Made by a program: the position numbers and the translations under genes
Part shown: one piece after another, positions 38,797-50,700 of the stretch
Position numbering within the stretch: position 1 is the first letter of the stretch
Layout of the letters: the number at the start of each line of letters is the position of its first letter
NCBI GenBank assembly: GCA_021776095.1
Contig: JAJFGO010000118.1
Span: 1,045-65,044, forward strand
DNA: 64,000 nt
Direction: 5' to 3'
Origin: Kiloniellaceae bacterium
GTDB lineage: Bacteria > Pseudomonadota > Alphaproteobacteria > Kiloniellales > J153
Notes under the pieces: generated by a model
Told to the model about the DNA's origin: nothing
Databases searched by the model: none
Seen by the model: only the letters and a program-made list of their open reading frames with translations

Positions 38797-40395
38797 ATGG
38801 ATACGACCGCGCTGTCCCGAACCGAACTGTTACAGGTGGCCGACGCTGTCGCCCGCGAAAAGAGCATCGAGCCCGAGGAAGTGCTCGAGGCCATGGAGCA
38901 GGCGATTTCCAAGGCTGGCCGTGCGAAATACGGCGCCGAGCACGATATTCGCGCCGAGATCGACCGAAAGACCGGCGCTGTCCACCTAAAGCGGTACCGC
39001 GAGGTAACCGACGAGATTGAGAATGAGACCACTCAAATCACGGTCAAGGACGCGCAGGCCAGCGAACCGGGTATCGAGGCCGGACAGTTCATCATCGACG
39101 AGTTACCGCCGATCGATTTGGGCCGAATTGCGGCCCAGACCGCGAAGCAAGTCATTGTCCAGAAAGTGCGCGAAGCCGAGCGCCAGCGCCAGTTCCGCGA
39201 GTACAAGGACCGGGTTGGCGAGGTCGTCAACGGGATCGTCAAGCGTAACGAGTTCGGCAATGTGACGATCGAATTGGGCCGTGCCGAGGCCATGATGCGC
39301 CGGGACGAATCCCTGCCGCGCGAGTCCTTTCGCACGGGCGACCGGGTCCGCGCCTATATTTACGATGTGCGGGAGGAACTGCGCGGACCGCAGATCTTTG
39401 TCTCGCGCAGCCATCCGCAATTCATGGCCAAGTTGTTCGCGCAGGAAGTGCCGGAGATTTACGACAGCATTATCGAGATCAAGTCGGTCGCGCGCGATCC
39501 GGGCAGCCGCGCCAAGATCGCGGTTATTTCGCACGATTCCTCGATCGATCCGGTCGGCGCCTGTGTCGGCATGCGCGGCAGCCGGGTTCAAGCGGTGGTC
39601 GGCGAGTTGCAGGGCGAGAAGATCGACATCATTCCCTGGTCCGCCGATACGGCGACCTTCGTGGTCAACGCCCTGGCCCCGGCCGAGGTGACCAAGGTCG
39701 TGCTCGACGAGGAGCAGGGGCGTATCGAGGTGGTCGTGCCCGACGAGCAGCTGTCGCTCGCCATCGGGCGACGCGGGCAGAACGTCCGCCTGGCTTCCAT
39801 GCTGACCGGATGGGACATCGACATTCTGACCGAGGAAGAGGAATCGCGCCGGCGCCAGGAAGAGATGCGACAGCGCTCGCAAATGTTCATCGAGGCGTTG
39901 GACGTCGACGACGTGATCGCCCACCTGCTTGTGGCTGAGGGCTTCGTGTCCCTGGAACAGGTCGCTTTCGTGCCGGTTGCCGAGCTGGCCACCATCGAGG
40001 GATTCGACGATGAGGTCGCCGAGGAGTTGCGGGTCCGCGCGCGCAACCACCTGGCTGAGCTGGACCGGAAGAGCGAGGAGCGCCGCCGGGAGTTGGGGGT
40101 GAGCGACGAACTGGCCAAGCTGCCGGGACTCGGCGCCCAGATCGTGGTCAAGCTGGGCGAAAGCGGGATCAAGACGCTCGATGACCTGGGCGATCTGGCG
40201 AGCGACGAGTTGACCGAGCTGTTGGGCGATCTGGCCGACGGACTGAGCGATCCGGACGCGATCATCATGGCGGCCCGGGCTCACTGGTTCGACGACGAGG
40301 ACGTTGCTGCCCCGGACGACTCTGCCACAGATGCCGCCACGCCCGAGGCCGAAGCGGCCAACGGCGCGACCGGCGCCGAAAATTCCGTGGCCTAG
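38797..40395 (+). CDS. nusA: Transcription factor NusA
   Basis: [30 protein letters not shown]. Confidence 0.98.
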   Translation: MDTTALSRTELLQVADAVAREKSIEPEEVLEAMEQAISKAGRAKYGAEHDIRAEIDRKTGAVHLKRYREVTDEIENETTQITVKDAQASEPGIEAGQFIIDELPPIDLGRIAAQTAKQVIVQKVREAERQRQFREYKDRVGEVVNGIVKRNEFGNVTIELGRAEAMMRRDESLPRESFRTGDRVRAYIYDVREELRGPQIFVSRSHPQFMAKLFAQEVPEIYDSIIEIKSVARDPGSRAKIAVISHDSSIDPVGACVGMRGSRVQAVVGELQGEKIDIIPWSADTATFVVNALAPAEVTKVVLDEEQGRIEVVVPDEQLSLAIGRRGQNVRLASMLTGWDIDILTEEEESRRRQEEMRQRSQMFIEALDVDDVIAHLLVAEGFVSLEQVAFVPVAELATIEGFDDEVAEELRVRARNHLAELDRKSEERRRELGVSDELAKLPGLGAQIVVKLGESGIKTLDDLGDLASDELTELLGDLADGLSDPDAIIMAARAHWFDDEDVAAPDDSATDAATPEAEAANGATGAENSVA

Positions 40396-40419
40396 AGGGT
40401 CGAGGCCGGAGAGCCGAGC

Positions 40420-41085
40420 ATGATGCTTGCCATGGCACAGGATCGACCCGACACGCCATGTGCGTTGCCCGACGCGGGGCAATCGGATGCGGGGCCCATG
40501 CGCCGATGCATCGTCTCCGGCGCGGTTCTGCCCAAGGCGGCCTTGATCCGCTTCGCCGCCGGACCCGACGGCAGCGTGGTGCCGGACCTGGCGGAGAAGT
40601 TACCCGGCCGCGGATTATGGTTGTCGCCCAGCCGTGATGTGATACATACGGCCTGCGCTCGCAACGCCTTTGCCAAGGCGGCTAAGGCGCCGTTACGCTC
40701 GGCCCCCGATCTTGCCGATCAAGTGGAGCGCCTCATGGTTCGGCGCTGCATCGAATTGCTTGGCATGGCACGGCGGGCGGGTCAGGCGGTCGGCGGCTTC
40801 GACAAGGTCGCAGGCCGGATTGTCACCGGTACGGCGGGCGTGTTGTTGCAAGCGCACGACGCGGCCGAGGACGGCCGGCGAAAGTTACGGGCGATGGCGC
40901 GCGCACAAGGCGCGGCCCTGCCTGTCATCGAATGCTTGGACGCCCAGGAACTGGGGCAGGCTTTTGGTGACCGGCCCTATGTTCATGTCGCGCTAAATCG
41001 CGGCGCCTTGGCGCGGCGTTTGTGCGACGAGACGGCCCGCCTTACCGGGCTGCGCGGTGACCCCGCGCAAGCCGGACGACGCTGA
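40420..41085 (+). CDS. YlxR (DUF448) / L7Ae-like RNA-binding protein
   Basis: [18 protein letters not shown]; lies between nusA and infB. Confidence 0.88.
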   Translation: MMLAMAQDRPDTPCALPDAGQSDAGPMRRCIVSGAVLPKAALIRFAAGPDGSVVPDLAEKLPGRGLWLSPSRDVIHTACARNAFAKAAKAPLRSAPDLADQVERLMVRRCIELLGMARRAGQAVGGFDKVAGRIVTGTAGVLLQAHDAAEDGRRKLRAMARAQGAALPVIECLDAQELGQAFGDRPYVHVALNRGALARRLCDETARLTGLRGDPAQAGRR

Positions 41086-43691
41086 TGAGCGCAGAAACCA
41101 CCGGCTCCGATTTGGATATGACGACAGGCAAAGAAAACGAACAGAAAAAGCCCCTGAAGCTGGCTCGGCCCGGCAAATTGGAGCTTAAGAAGACGGTCGA
41201 AACCGGACAGGTTCGCCAAAGCTTCAGCCATGGCCGCTCGAAGGCGGTTACGGTCGAGGTCAAGCGCTCGCGTACTTTCGCGCCCGGCGCCGGCGGCCGT
41301 ATGACCGAGGTGACGGCGGCGCGCGAGGCGGCGGAACGTGCGCTGAATGCCCCCACCCAAGCTGTCGAGCCAGAGGTGCTGACGCCGGACGGTCCCAAAC
41401 TGACCGCCGGCGAACGTGCGACCCGGGTTCACGCTCTTGAGCTGTCGCGTCAGGAAGAAGAAGAGCGCCGCGCCGCCGAGGCCGAAGCCCAGGCGCGTGC
41501 CGATGAAGAGGCAAAACGACAGGCCGAGGAAGACGCGCGCCGCGCGGTCGAAGACGAAGCGGCCCGCAAGTTAGCCGAGGAAGAGGCCAAGAAATTCCCG
41601 TCTACCGCCCCGGCTGCGGCAGTCGAGGTTGCTGATGTGCCGGCAGCGGGCGCGCCGCGCCGCGAGGCTCCGGCGCGACGGGACGCGAAGGCCATCGAGG
41701 ACGAAGCCGAGGCTGAGGCCAGGGCAAAACGCAAGGCTTTGCCCGGCGCCAAGACGCCGCCCGCGCGGCGCACCGCCGGCGAGCCGCGCCGCCGCCAGGG
41801 CAAGCTGACCATTTCCCAGGCGCTTGAAGGTGGCGATGGGCGGCAACGCTCCCTGGCTTCCGTGCGCCGTCAGCGCGAAAAGCTGCGCAGTACCACCGCG
41901 CCGACCCGTCATGCCCATCAGCCGCCTCAACGCGTGGTTCGCGAAGTCACGGTGCCGGAAACCATCACGGTCCAGGAACTGGCGAACCGCATGGCCGCGC
42001 GCGGCGCCGAGGTCGTTAAAACGCTTATGAAAATGGACGTCATGGCGACTATCAACGAGGTTATCGACGCCGATACCGCCGAACTGGTGGTCGCCGAATT
42101 CGGCCATAAGCTAAAGCGTGTTTCCGCCGCCGATGTCGAAATTGGCCTGAGCGGGACACCGGACGATGACGTCGCGAAGGAGCCGCGCGCCCCGGTGGTG
42201 ACCATCATGGGTCACGTCGACCACGGCAAAACCTCTCTGCTCGACGCGCTACGCGAAACCGATGTGGCGGCCCACGAGGCCGGCGGTATCACCCAGCACA
42301 TCGGCGCCTACCAAGTGCAGCTCAAGTCCGGTCAGAAGATCACCTTCATCGATACCCCAGGCCATGCCGCCTTTACCGAGATGCGCCTGCGCGGTGCCAC
42401 GGTGACCGACATCGTGGTCCTGGTTGTGGCCGCGGACGACGGCATCATGGAACAAACGGTCGAGGCAATTAATCACGCTAAGCTGGCCAAGGTTCCGATC
42501 CTCGTGGCGATCAACAAGATGGACCGACCCGATGCAGACCCGGGCAAGGTCAAGAACGCGCTGTTGCAGCACGACCTGGTGGTCGAAGACATGGGCGGCG
42601 ACGTGCTGACCATCGAGGTGTCGGCCAAGGAACGCACCAATCTGGACAAGTTGGAAGAAACGATCCTGTTGCAGGCCGAGTTGCTTGAGCTGGCCGCCAA
42701 TCCCAACCGGCCGGCCGAAGGCGCGATTATCGAAGCCAAGCTGGAACGTGGCCGCGGACCGGTCGCAACCGTGCTGGTGCAACGCGGCACCTTGCGCGTC
42801 GGGGATATTTTGGTGGCAGGCAGCGAGTGGGGCCGCGTGCGCGCCCTGGTCAACGATCGTGGCGAGATGGTTGAATCGGCCGGCCCCTCGGTGCCGGTCG
42901 AGGTTCTGGGCCTGAATGGTGCGCCCCTGGCTGGCGATACCCTGAGCGTGGTCGATAGCGATGCCCGCGCGCGCGAGATCGCCGATTTCCGCCAGCAATC
43001 GAAACGCGACCAGGATATTGCGGCCAGCGGGCGCGGCACCCTCGAACAGATGATGGCCCGAATTCAAGAAGGCGAAGCTTCACAGCTTCCGATGATCATA
43101 AAGTCGGACGTGCACGGGTCCTTGGAAGCGATCGTGAACAGCTTGCAAAAGCTGGGCACCGACGAGGTTAAGGTGCAGATACTGCATTCCGGGGTCGGCG
43201 GTATCAACGAGTCGGATATAACCTTGGCGCGGGCAACCGGGGCGACCATCATCGGATTCAACGTGCGCGCCAATGCGCAGGCCCGCGAATTGGCACGGCG
43301 CGACAACGTTGCCATCAAGTACTATTCGATCATCTACAACGTGGTTGACGACATGAAGGCCGCCTTGTCCGGCATGTTGTCGCCGACCGAACGCGAGAGG
43401 TTCCTGGGTTACTCGGAAATCCGTCAAATCTTCGATATCACCAAGGTCGGCAAGGTGGCCGGCTGCATGATCACGGAGGGGATGGTCAAGCGCGGCGCCA
43501 AGGTTCGCCTGCTGCGCGACGATGTGGTGATCCACGATGGCACGCTAAAGACCCTGCGCCGCTTCAAGGACGAGGTGCGCGAGGTCAAGGAAGGCTATGA
43601 ATGCGGCATGGCCTTCGAGAATTACAGCGACATCCAGGTCGGCGACCGCATCGAATGCTATGAGATCGAGGAGGTCGCGCGCACCCTCTAA
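41085..43691 (+). CDS. infB: Translation initiation factor IF-2
   Basis: [17 protein letters not shown]; alternative start at 41118. Confidence 0.98.
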   Translation: MSAETTGSDLDMTTGKENEQKKPLKLARPGKLELKKTVETGQVRQSFSHGRSKAVTVEVKRSRTFAPGAGGRMTEVTAAREAAERALNAPTQAVEPEVLTPDGPKLTAGERATRVHALELSRQEEEERRAAEAEAQARADEEAKRQAEEDARRAVEDEAARKLAEEEAKKFPSTAPAAAVEVADVPAAGAPRREAPARRDAKAIEDEAEAEARAKRKALPGAKTPPARRTAGEPRRRQGKLTISQALEGGDGRQRSLASVRRQREKLRSTTAPTRHAHQPPQRVVREVTVPETITVQELANRMAARGAEVVKTLMKMDVMATINEVIDADTAELVVAEFGHKLKRVSAADVEIGLSGTPDDDVAKEPRAPVVTIMGHVDHGKTSLLDALRETDVAAHEAGGITQHIGAYQVQLKSGQKITFIDTPGHAAFTEMRLRGATVTDIVVLVVAADDGIMEQTVEAINHAKLAKVPILVAINKMDRPDADPGKVKNALLQHDLVVEDMGGDVLTIEVSAKERTNLDKLEETILLQAELLELAANPNRPAEGAIIEAKLERGRGPVATVLVQRGTLRVGDILVAGSEWGRVRALVNDRGEMVESAGPSVPVEVLGLNGAPLAGDTLSVVDSDARAREIADFRQQSKRDQDIAASGRGTLEQMMARIQEGEASQLPMIIKSDVHGSLEAIVNSLQKLGTDEVKVQILHSGVGGINESDITLARATGATIIGFNVRANAQARELARRDNVAIKYYSIIYNVVDDMKAALSGMLSPTERERFLGYSEIRQIFDITKVGKVAGCMITEGMVKRGAKVRLLRDDVVIHDGTLKTLRRFKDEVREVKEGYECGMAFENYSDIQVGDRIECYEIEEVARTL

Positions 43692-43747
43692 CTCCCTCCT
43701 GGGAGGGGCGAGCGCGCCATCGGCACCTTGGCCACGGGCTTCAAGAT

Positions 43748-44158
43748 ATGACCGCTAGATCCAGTCGGCCGCCGAGCCAGCGTCAACTGCGCGTCGGCGA
43801 GGAACTGCGCCACGCGTTGGCGCGTATCTTGGCGCGCGACGAGTTGCGCGATCCGGCCCTGGCCAACACCACCATCACCGTGACCGAGGTGCGCGTGAGC
43901 CCGGACTTGAAGAACGCGACCGCCTTCGTGGTTCCGCTCGGCGGCGCCGAGATGGCCAGCGTGACCGCTGCACTGAACCACGCCGCCGGATTCCTGCGCA
44001 GCCAGGTCGGCCGGGAGATGACCTTGCGCCATGTGCCGCGCCTCGGCTTCGAGGCCGACGTCTCGTTCGATCAGGCCGGGCGGGTGAACGAGATCTTGGC
44101 CCGCCCGCAGGTCCGCCGCGACCTGGCCGGCTTTTCGGAGGGCGAGGATGGCGCGTAG
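43748..44158 (+). CDS. rbfA: Ribosome-binding factor A
   Basis: RQLRVGE, VTEVRVSPDL, LRHVPRL. Confidence 0.95.
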   Translation: MTARSSRPPSQRQLRVGEELRHALARILARDELRDPALANTTITVTEVRVSPDLKNATAFVVPLGGAEMASVTAALNHAAGFLRSQVGREMTLRHVPRLGFEADVSFDQAGRVNEILARPQVRRDLAGFSEGEDGA

Positions 44159-45089
44159 GCAAAACGGCCGCCCGGTCAATGGCTGGGTCGTGATCGACAA
44201 GCCGCTCGGCTTGACCTCGACGCAGACCGTGGGCCGGGTCCGCCGTGCGTTTCAGCCGCGCAAGATCGGTCATGGCGGCACTCTGGATCCCTTGGCCAGC
44301 GGCTTGCTGCCGATTGCCATGGGCGAGGCGACCAAGACCGTTCCCTACATCATGGATGGGGCCAAGGTCTACCGCTTTACCCTGCGCTGGGGCGAGGCCA
44401 CGGCGACCGATGACGCCGAGGGCGACGTCGTCGAACGGGCCGACAAGCGGCCGCGAACCGAAGAAATCGACGCCATTCTGCCCCGGTTCTTGGGCGAGAT
44501 CGAGCAGACCCCGCCGATTTACTCGGCCATCAAGGTCGCTGGCAAGCGAGCCTACGACATGGCACGTGCCGCCGAAACTTTCACCCTGGAGTCCCGCAGG
44601 GTCAAGATTACCGACCTGAAATTGCTGGATAATCCTGGGCCGGAGCACAGTGGCCCGGATTATGCCACGCTTCAGGTCGGCTGCGGCAAGGGGGCCTATA
44701 TGCGGGCCTTGGCCCGCGACCTGGGGCGAGCTCTGGGCACCTGCGCTCATGTGGTGGCCCTGCGCCGGACCGCGGTCGGACCTTTCCGCGAAGACCATGC
44801 GATTTCGCTGGAGTCCCTGGAAGCCCTCGGGCATAGTGCCGCCGATTCGGGAGCCGTGCTTCCGATCGAGACCGCGCTGGACGACATCCCGGCGTTGGCC
44901 TTGTCGGAAACCGAGGCGAATCGTCTGCGGTGTGGCCAAGCGGTATCTATGCTGGCCCGCGCCAATCGGGAACGCATCCGCGACTTCACCAATGGCGCCA
45001 TCGTGTATGCCACGTCCGGGGGTAAACCCGTGGCGTTGGCACGCTATGAGGCAGGCGATATTCACCCGGTACGGGTCCTAAACGTTTAA
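44148..45089 (+). CDS. truB: tRNA pseudouridine(55) synthase
   Basis: [30 protein letters not shown]. Confidence 0.97.
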   Translation: MARRQNGRPVNGWVVIDKPLGLTSTQTVGRVRRAFQPRKIGHGGTLDPLASGLLPIAMGEATKTVPYIMDGAKVYRFTLRWGEATATDDAEGDVVERADKRPRTEEIDAILPRFLGEIEQTPPIYSAIKVAGKRAYDMARAAETFTLESRRVKITDLKLLDNPGPEHSGPDYATLQVGCGKGAYMRALARDLGRALGTCAHVVALRRTAVGPFREDHAISLESLEALGHSAADSGAVLPIETALDDIPALALSETEANRLRCGQAVSMLARANRERIRDFTNGAIVYATSGGKPVALARYEAGDIHPVRVLNV

Positions 45090-45111
45090 CCGTCAAGACG
45101 ATGGAGTCACG

Positions 45112-45381
45112 ATGTCGATAACAGCCGAACGCAAGGGCGAGCTTATCCAGGAATACGCCCAACACGAGGGCGATACCGGGTCGCCCGAGGTCCAGGTCGC
45201 AGTTCTGTCCGAACGGATCAAGAACCTGACCGAGCACCTGCAAACCCATAAGAAAGATTTTCATTCCCGGCGCGGCCTACTGGTCATGGTTGGCCAACGC
45301 CGCCGCTTGCTGGACTACGTAAAGGGTAAGGACGGGACCCGCTATTCCGGTCTCATTCAACGCCTGGGCCTGCGTCGCTGA
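45112..45381 (+). CDS. rpsO: 30S ribosomal protein S15
   Basis: [19 protein letters not shown]. Confidence 0.98.
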   Translation: MSITAERKGELIQEYAQHEGDTGSPEVQVAVLSERIKNLTEHLQTHKKDFHSRRGLLVMVGQRRRLLDYVKGKDGTRYSGLIQRLGLRR

Positions 45382-45390
45382 CGGGGCCTG

Positions 45391-45592
45391 GGGCCGATGC
45401 TGTCGCCGCGGTCGCGCCGTCTCGGGGTCATTCGGCCCCGATCGAGCGACGCGGTCTGTGTCGGTCCGTTTCACAAAATCGATTGGGTGCCGCCGAAAGG
45501 CCGGGGCGGTGCCTAGGGCAAGGCCGGGCCGTCGCAAGGCGTGCCGCGGGGCAGGATCTGCCCGTCGCGGCGCGCCTTACGCGGGTCCGGTC
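45391..45592 (+). promoter_or_regulatory. Structured rpsO-pnp leader with two long hairpins
   Basis: Nested stems at 45391-45468 (core TCGGGGTC-ATTC-GGCCCCGA) and 45522-45592 (core GGGCAG-GAT-CTGCCC). Confidence 0.5.
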
Positions 45593-45630
45593 GTTTCATG
45601 CCGGCCCTATGCTGGAAGGACGAACGGATA

Positions 45631-47751
45631 ATGTTCGACGTACATAAACAAGAGATCGACTGGGGCGGGCGCAAGCTTACCCTGGAAACCGGGCGCATCG
45701 CCCGTCAAGCCGACGGCGCCGTCTTGGTGACCTATGGCGACACCGTGGTGCTCTGCACCGCGGTCGGACAAAAGCAGCCCCGGCAGGGAATCGACTTCTT
45801 CCCCCTGACGGTTAATTACCAGGAGAAGACCTTTGCCGCGGGCAAGATCCCAGGCGGCTTCTTCAAGCGCGAAGGCCGGCCGAACGAGAAGGAAACCCTG
45901 ACCTCGCGCCTGATCGACCGGCCGATCAGGCCGCTGTTCGCCAAGGGGTATCGCAATGAGACCCAGGTGATCTGCACCGTGTTGAGCCACGACCTGGAGA
46001 ACGATCCCGATGTGGTGTCCATGGTTGGGGCCTCGGCGGCGCTGACAATTTCGGGCTTGCCGTTTCTCGGCCCCATCGGGGGCTGCCGGGTTGGTTACAA
46101 GAACGGCGGCTACCTTCTGAACCCAACGGCAGAGGACTTGGCGGACTCCGAACTTGACTTGATGCTCGCCGGCACGCGCGACGGCGTGCTTATGGTCGAA
46201 TCCGAAGCGAAGGAGCTGAGCGAGGAAATCATGCTCGGTGCGGTTGCTTTTGGCCACGAAGGCATGAGGCCCGTGATCGACGCCATCATCGCGTTGGCGG
46301 AGAAAGCCGCGAAGACCCCTTGGAATGTGCCCGAGCCGGCGCCGGAAGTCGCTATCGTGCGTGAGAAGCTGGCTGCCGGGATCGGCGGGCAATTGGCCGA
46401 AGCCTATCAGGTGCCGGACAAGATGCTGCGCCAGGATCAGGTCGCCGCGGCGAAGCAAGCCGGTTTGGCCGGCTTGGCCGAGAACGAGGCGGAATTGGCG
46501 GTCGCCCCCGGGGTGCTGAAATCCCTGGAGAGTGACATCGTGCGCGGCAACATCCTCAAGACCGGCAAGCGCATCGATGGGCGCACGACCAAGGACGTGC
46601 GGCGGATCGAATCCCAGGTCGGCGTGCTGCCTCTCACACATGGGTCCGCGCTCTTTACTCGCGGCGAGACTCAGGCCCTGGTGACGACCACGCTTGGCAC
46701 CGGCCAGGACGAGCAGATCATCGACGCGCTGGAAGGCGAATACCGCGAGAACTTCCTGCTGCACTATAACTTCCCGCCCTATTCGGTGGGCGAGGCCAGT
46801 TTTATGCGCTCGCCCGGGCGGCGGGAAATCGGCCATGGCAAGCTGGCCTGGCGCGCCGTGCGGCCCCTGCTGCCGGCGAAGGAAGACTTCCCCTACACCA
46901 TACGGATCGTGTCCGAGATAACCGAATCGAACGGCTCCTCCTCCATGGCCACGGTCTGCGGCGCTTCGCTCGCGTTGATGGATGCCGGCGTGCCGCTCAA
47001 GCGGCCGGTCGCCGGCATCGCCATGGGCCTGATCAAGGAGGGCGACGACTTCGCCGTCCTGTCCGACATCTTGGGCGATGAAGATCACCTGGGCGACATG
47101 GACTTCAAGGTGGCGGGTACGGATGCCGGCGTGACCTCGCTGCAGATGGACATCAAGATCACGTCGATCACCCAGGAGATCATGGAGATCGCCCTGCGTC
47201 AGGCGCGCGACGGCCGCCTGCACATCCTAAGCGAGATGGCCAATGCGCTGACCGGCGCGCGCGATAGCGTTTCCGAGAACGCGCCGCGCATCACGATCAT
47301 CAGTATCCCCAAGGATAAAATCCGTGAGGTGATCGGCACTGGCGGCAAGGTGATCCGCGAAATCTGCGAGACCACCGGGGCGAAGATCGATATCGAAGAC
47401 GACGGCACCATCAAGGTGGCGGCGGTCGATCAAGATCAAGGGCAAGCCGCGATCGACTGGATCCGTTCTATCACTGCGGAGCCCGAGGTCGGCGTGGTCT
47501 ACAAGGGCAAGGTCGTCAAGATCATGGACTTCGGCGCCTTCGTGAACTTCCTGGGGCCGCGCGATGGTCTGGTGCATATCAGCGAGCTCGCGCCCGAGCG
47601 GGTCAATCAGACCAGCGATGTGGTCAAAGAGGGCGATATGGTCCACGTGAAGGTCATCGGCCTGGACGACCGCGGCAAGGTCAAGTTGTCCATGAAGCGG
47701 GTCAATCAGGAAACCGGCGAGGACCTTGAGGTCAGGGCCGAAGCCAGCTAG
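45631..47751 (+). CDS. pnp: Polyribonucleotide nucleotidyltransferase
   Basis: [36 protein letters not shown] and S1 domains; ATG at 45631. Confidence 0.98.
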   Translation: MFDVHKQEIDWGGRKLTLETGRIARQADGAVLVTYGDTVVLCTAVGQKQPRQGIDFFPLTVNYQEKTFAAGKIPGGFFKREGRPNEKETLTSRLIDRPIRPLFAKGYRNETQVICTVLSHDLENDPDVVSMVGASAALTISGLPFLGPIGGCRVGYKNGGYLLNPTAEDLADSELDLMLAGTRDGVLMVESEAKELSEEIMLGAVAFGHEGMRPVIDAIIALAEKAAKTPWNVPEPAPEVAIVREKLAAGIGGQLAEAYQVPDKMLRQDQVAAAKQAGLAGLAENEAELAVAPGVLKSLESDIVRGNILKTGKRIDGRTTKDVRRIESQVGVLPLTHGSALFTRGETQALVTTTLGTGQDEQIIDALEGEYRENFLLHYNFPPYSVGEASFMRSPGRREIGHGKLAWRAVRPLLPAKEDFPYTIRIVSEITESNGSSSMATVCGASLALMDAGVPLKRPVAGIAMGLIKEGDDFAVLSDILGDEDHLGDMDFKVAGTDAGVTSLQMDIKITSITQEIMEIALRQARDGRLHILSEMANALTGARDSVSENAPRITIISIPKDKIREVIGTGGKVIREICETTGAKIDIEDDGTIKVAAVDQDQGQAAIDWIRSITAEPEVGVVYKGKVVKIMDFGAFVNFLGPRDGLVHISELAPERVNQTSDVVKEGDMVHVKVIGLDDRGKVKLSMKRVNQETGEDLEVRAEAS

Positions 47752-47777
47752 GGGTTTCCGAACCGACTAAGCGTTAC

Positions 47778-47816
47778 CGGGCGGGTGCATGGGATGCATC
47801 CGCCCGTCTTTTATTT
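47778..47816 (+). terminator. Rho-independent terminator after pnp
   Basis: CGGGCGGGTGCAT-GGG-ATGCATCCGCCCG followed by TCTTTTATTT. Confidence 0.8.
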
Positions 47817-47859
47817 GTATCGTGATCGTACGGGCCAGCGCCGAGAATAAGAACCGGTC

Positions 47860-48594
47860 ATGTTTCCACTACCGCGCATCATGGGCCATCGCGGCGCCGC
47901 CGCGAACGCGCCGGAGAACACCTTGATCAGCCTGCGCCGGGCAGCCGAACAGGGCGCGGAATGGGTTGAGTTCGATATCATGCTGAGCGGCGATGGCGTA
48001 CCCATGTTGTTTCACGACGACAACTTGAAACGCATCACCGGGCGTGACGCCATGATGGCCGAGACGCCGCTCGCCGAATTGCGCGAGCTGGAAGCCGGGG
48101 CCTGGTTCGGGCCGGAATTTGCCGGCGAGCCGATCCCCACCTTCGAGGAGGCGCTGGCATTGTTGCTCGATCTGGGCCTGCGTCCGAACGTCGAGTTAAA
48201 ACCCTCGCCCGGCCACGACGCACAAACCGCACATGCCGCGATCGAGGTCATTCGGCGCTGCTGGCCGGCCCGGCGACCACCGCCGCTGATTAGCAGTTTC
48301 AGTCGCCAAGCCCTGGAAATCGCCGCGCACCACGCGCCGCAGCTGCCGCGTGGATTGATCGCCCGGCGCCCACCGCACGATTGGATAAAGGTTCTGAGGC
48401 TCTTTAAATGCAGCACGATCCATGCCGGTGACCGTTGGCTGTCGCAGCGGATCGTGCAGAAGATCAAACACGCCGGATACGGCCTCGCGGCCTTCACCGT
48501 GAACGATCCGCATCGCGCGCGGTTGCTTCTGGAGCGCGGGGTCGATTGTTTGATCACCGACGCCCCGGGGGCGATTGCGGAGGCGCTTCGCTAA
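47860..48594 (+). CDS. Glycerophosphodiester phosphodiesterase (UgpQ-like)
   Basis: GHRG, PENT, VEFD, HDD, NVELK, FTVND, ITD. Confidence 0.9.
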   Translation: MFPLPRIMGHRGAAANAPENTLISLRRAAEQGAEWVEFDIMLSGDGVPMLFHDDNLKRITGRDAMMAETPLAELRELEAGAWFGPEFAGEPIPTFEEALALLLDLGLRPNVELKPSPGHDAQTAHAAIEVIRRCWPARRPPPLISSFSRQALEIAAHHAPQLPRGLIARRPPHDWIKVLRLFKCSTIHAGDRWLSQRIVQKIKHAGYGLAAFTVNDPHRARLLLERGVDCLITDAPGAIAEALR

Positions 48595-48753
48595 TGCTTA
48601 GGCGTTAGAGAATCGGCCTCGCTTTTCGGCCAGGTCCATTCCGGGCCGCCGTGCCGGCTAACGCGATTGGACAATTCCGATTCTGGTGGCCTGCGCCCCG
48701 GTGTTAACTGCGATGCCTGGGTTGGGCGGTGGCACGCCTGGTAGGACGGAGCT

Positions 48754-49790
48754 TCATGCTTTGACCTCGTACATGTTCTGGTCGGCACGTTCGATCAACT
48801 GATCGACACTCTCGTAACTATATGGTCCGGCCTCGGCCATGCCGATGCTGATGCCAATTTTCCCGTCCTGCTTCAGTGGCTTGTTTAGACGCTCAACAAA
48901 AACCTTCGCCTGCTTTCTATCGGTACTCGAAAGCATGATGCAGAACCTGTCGCCACCAAATCTGCCGCAAACGTCGGTTTCTCATGCGGTGGCGGCAAGG
49001 ATCTGACCCAGAGTTTTTTAAGGCCATGTCGCCGCGGGAGTGGCCATCGGTGTCGTTGATCTGCTTAAAGTTATCGACGTCAATGTAAAGAAGGGTCAGC
49101 GGTTCGTGTTCCCGCTTCGCGCGTGCCAATGACAGGCGGAATTCATCGACGAAGGCCCGCTTGTTCAGAAGACCGGTCAACGAATCGTTGCGCGATAGTT
49201 CCGACAACGCCTTGGTGCGTTCTAGCACCTTGTCTTCCAAGTTCTGTGCGTATTTGACTGCCTTGTCCTTGGCGGCTTCGATCTCAGACAACATGCTTCT
49301 AATATAGGTGTCGAAAACGAGCTCGGTATCGAAATACAAGAGCTTGTCCAGGGCGTTGCAGGTGTCAGCCGCTAATGTAGCATCGGGCAATTTGTTTCGT
49401 ATCGTGGAGGTCAATATGGCTTTCAGTGAGGCGATCGCGGCCAAATATTATTTTGGCTCAACACCGACCCGCTTGTGGACCAGGCCAATTCTGAGGCGGT
49501 TTTTCACATACTCTTCGTCGTAGTACCCGGCGAAGAGGTTGGAAATGTAGGCGCGCTGGGCGGCGCGCAATCTTCGCGACGTCTTCGCATCACCGATAAT
49601 CAAGGCGATTTCGTCGATTTCGGTCTGCCGGGTGTAGAAATCGTCGACAATTCGATTGAGGTCTTCAGCAGTCGGGGCTTTGGCGTCGCAAAGAAGTTTG
49701 TTTTCGCTTTGCCCGAATTCGAGGAGCTCTTTGCGCCGTGCAATCTCAAAATCGTTGAGTTGCATCTGCTCTGCTAGGGAGCGTCTAGTC
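48754..49790 (-). pseudogene. Degraded globin-coupled diguanylate cyclase (protoglobin + GGDEF)
   Basis: Fragments join into one gene. Lesions: in-frame TAA at 49448-50, +1 frameshift in the T6 run at about 49014-19, TGA at 48982-84, and GGDRF in place of GGDEF. GC is lower than in the flanks. Confidence 0.85.
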
Positions 49791-50660
49791 GTGCTCGGCC
49801 TTCAGCCGGCGGGGGGAGGGAATGCCGATGGTGTTGTAGCCGCCGTCGACGTAGAGCGTCTCGCCGGTCACCCCGGCCGAGAGATCGGATAGCAGATAGA
49901 GGCCTGCGGCCCCAACCTCTTCGAGGCTAACGTTTCGGCGCAGCGGCGCGTGGGTCTCGTTCCATCGATAGACGAAGCGGGCATCGGCGATGGCGGAACC
50001 CGCCAGGGTGCGCATGGGGCCGGCGGATATTGCGTTTACCCGGATTCTGGCCCCACCCATGTCGGCCGCCAGATAACGCACGCTGGTTTCCAGCGCTGCC
50101 TTGGCCACCCCCATGACGTTGTAATTGGGTGTGACCCGCTGGGCGCCGAGGTAGCTGAGTGTGATCAGGCTGCCCCCGTCGGTCATCAAGGGGGCCGCAC
50201 GGCGCGCCAGGGCGGTAAAGGAGTAGCAGGAGATCGTCATGGTCTTGGCGAAATTCTCCCGGCTCGTGTCGAGGTAACGACCCTTGAGTTCGTCCTTGTC
50301 CGAATAGGCGACGGCGTGGACCACGAAGTCGAGCCGATCCCACGTCTCGCGCACCGCATCGAAGACCGTATCGAGATCGGCCTCGCGCGATACGTCGCAA
50401 GGAAGAACCAGGCGCGAGCCAAGCGATTGTGCCAAGGGTCGCACGCGCCGTTCAAAGGCTTCACCCTGATAAGTGAAGGCCAGCTCCGCGCCGTGCCTGT
50501 GCAGTTTGCTCGCGATACCCCAGGCGATTGACCTGTCGTTCGCAACCCCCAAAACCAAGCCGCGCTTGCCGGCCATTAAGGCGCCTTTGCCCTTGCCCTC
50601 AGCCGCCCGATCCAACCTGTCCCCGCCCGTCACTTTATCAGCCGTCCTTTCCCGCGTCAT
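49785..50660 (-). CDS. fabI: Enoyl-ACP reductase
   Basis: GVANDRSIAWGI, YNVMGVAK, AGPMRTLA. Confidence 0.95.
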   Translation of the reverse strand: MTRERTADKVTGGDRLDRAAEGKGKGALMAGKRGLVLGVANDRSIAWGIASKLHRHGAELAFTYQGEAFERRVRPLAQSLGSRLVLPCDVSREADLDTVFDAVRETWDRLDFVVHAVAYSDKDELKGRYLDTSRENFAKTMTISCYSFTALARRAAPLMTDGGSLITLSYLGAQRVTPNYNVMGVAKAALETSVRYLAADMGGARIRVNAISAGPMRTLAGSAIADARFVYRWNETHAPLRRNVSLEEVGAAGLYLLSDLSAGVTGETLYVDGGYNTIGIPSPRRLKAEHD

Positions 50661-50700
50661 TTACGGTTCGCCACAGCCCGACGAACCGAAACCACGGCCC

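Noticed and set aside
39103-47223. Long antisense ORFs over nusA, infB, truB and pnp
   Set aside because: Codon-bias shadows of highly conserved genes.
49448-49450. Programmed stop readthrough or recoding in the diguanylate cyclase
   Set aside because: An additional frameshift, a second stop and the GGDRF motif indicate pseudogenisation.
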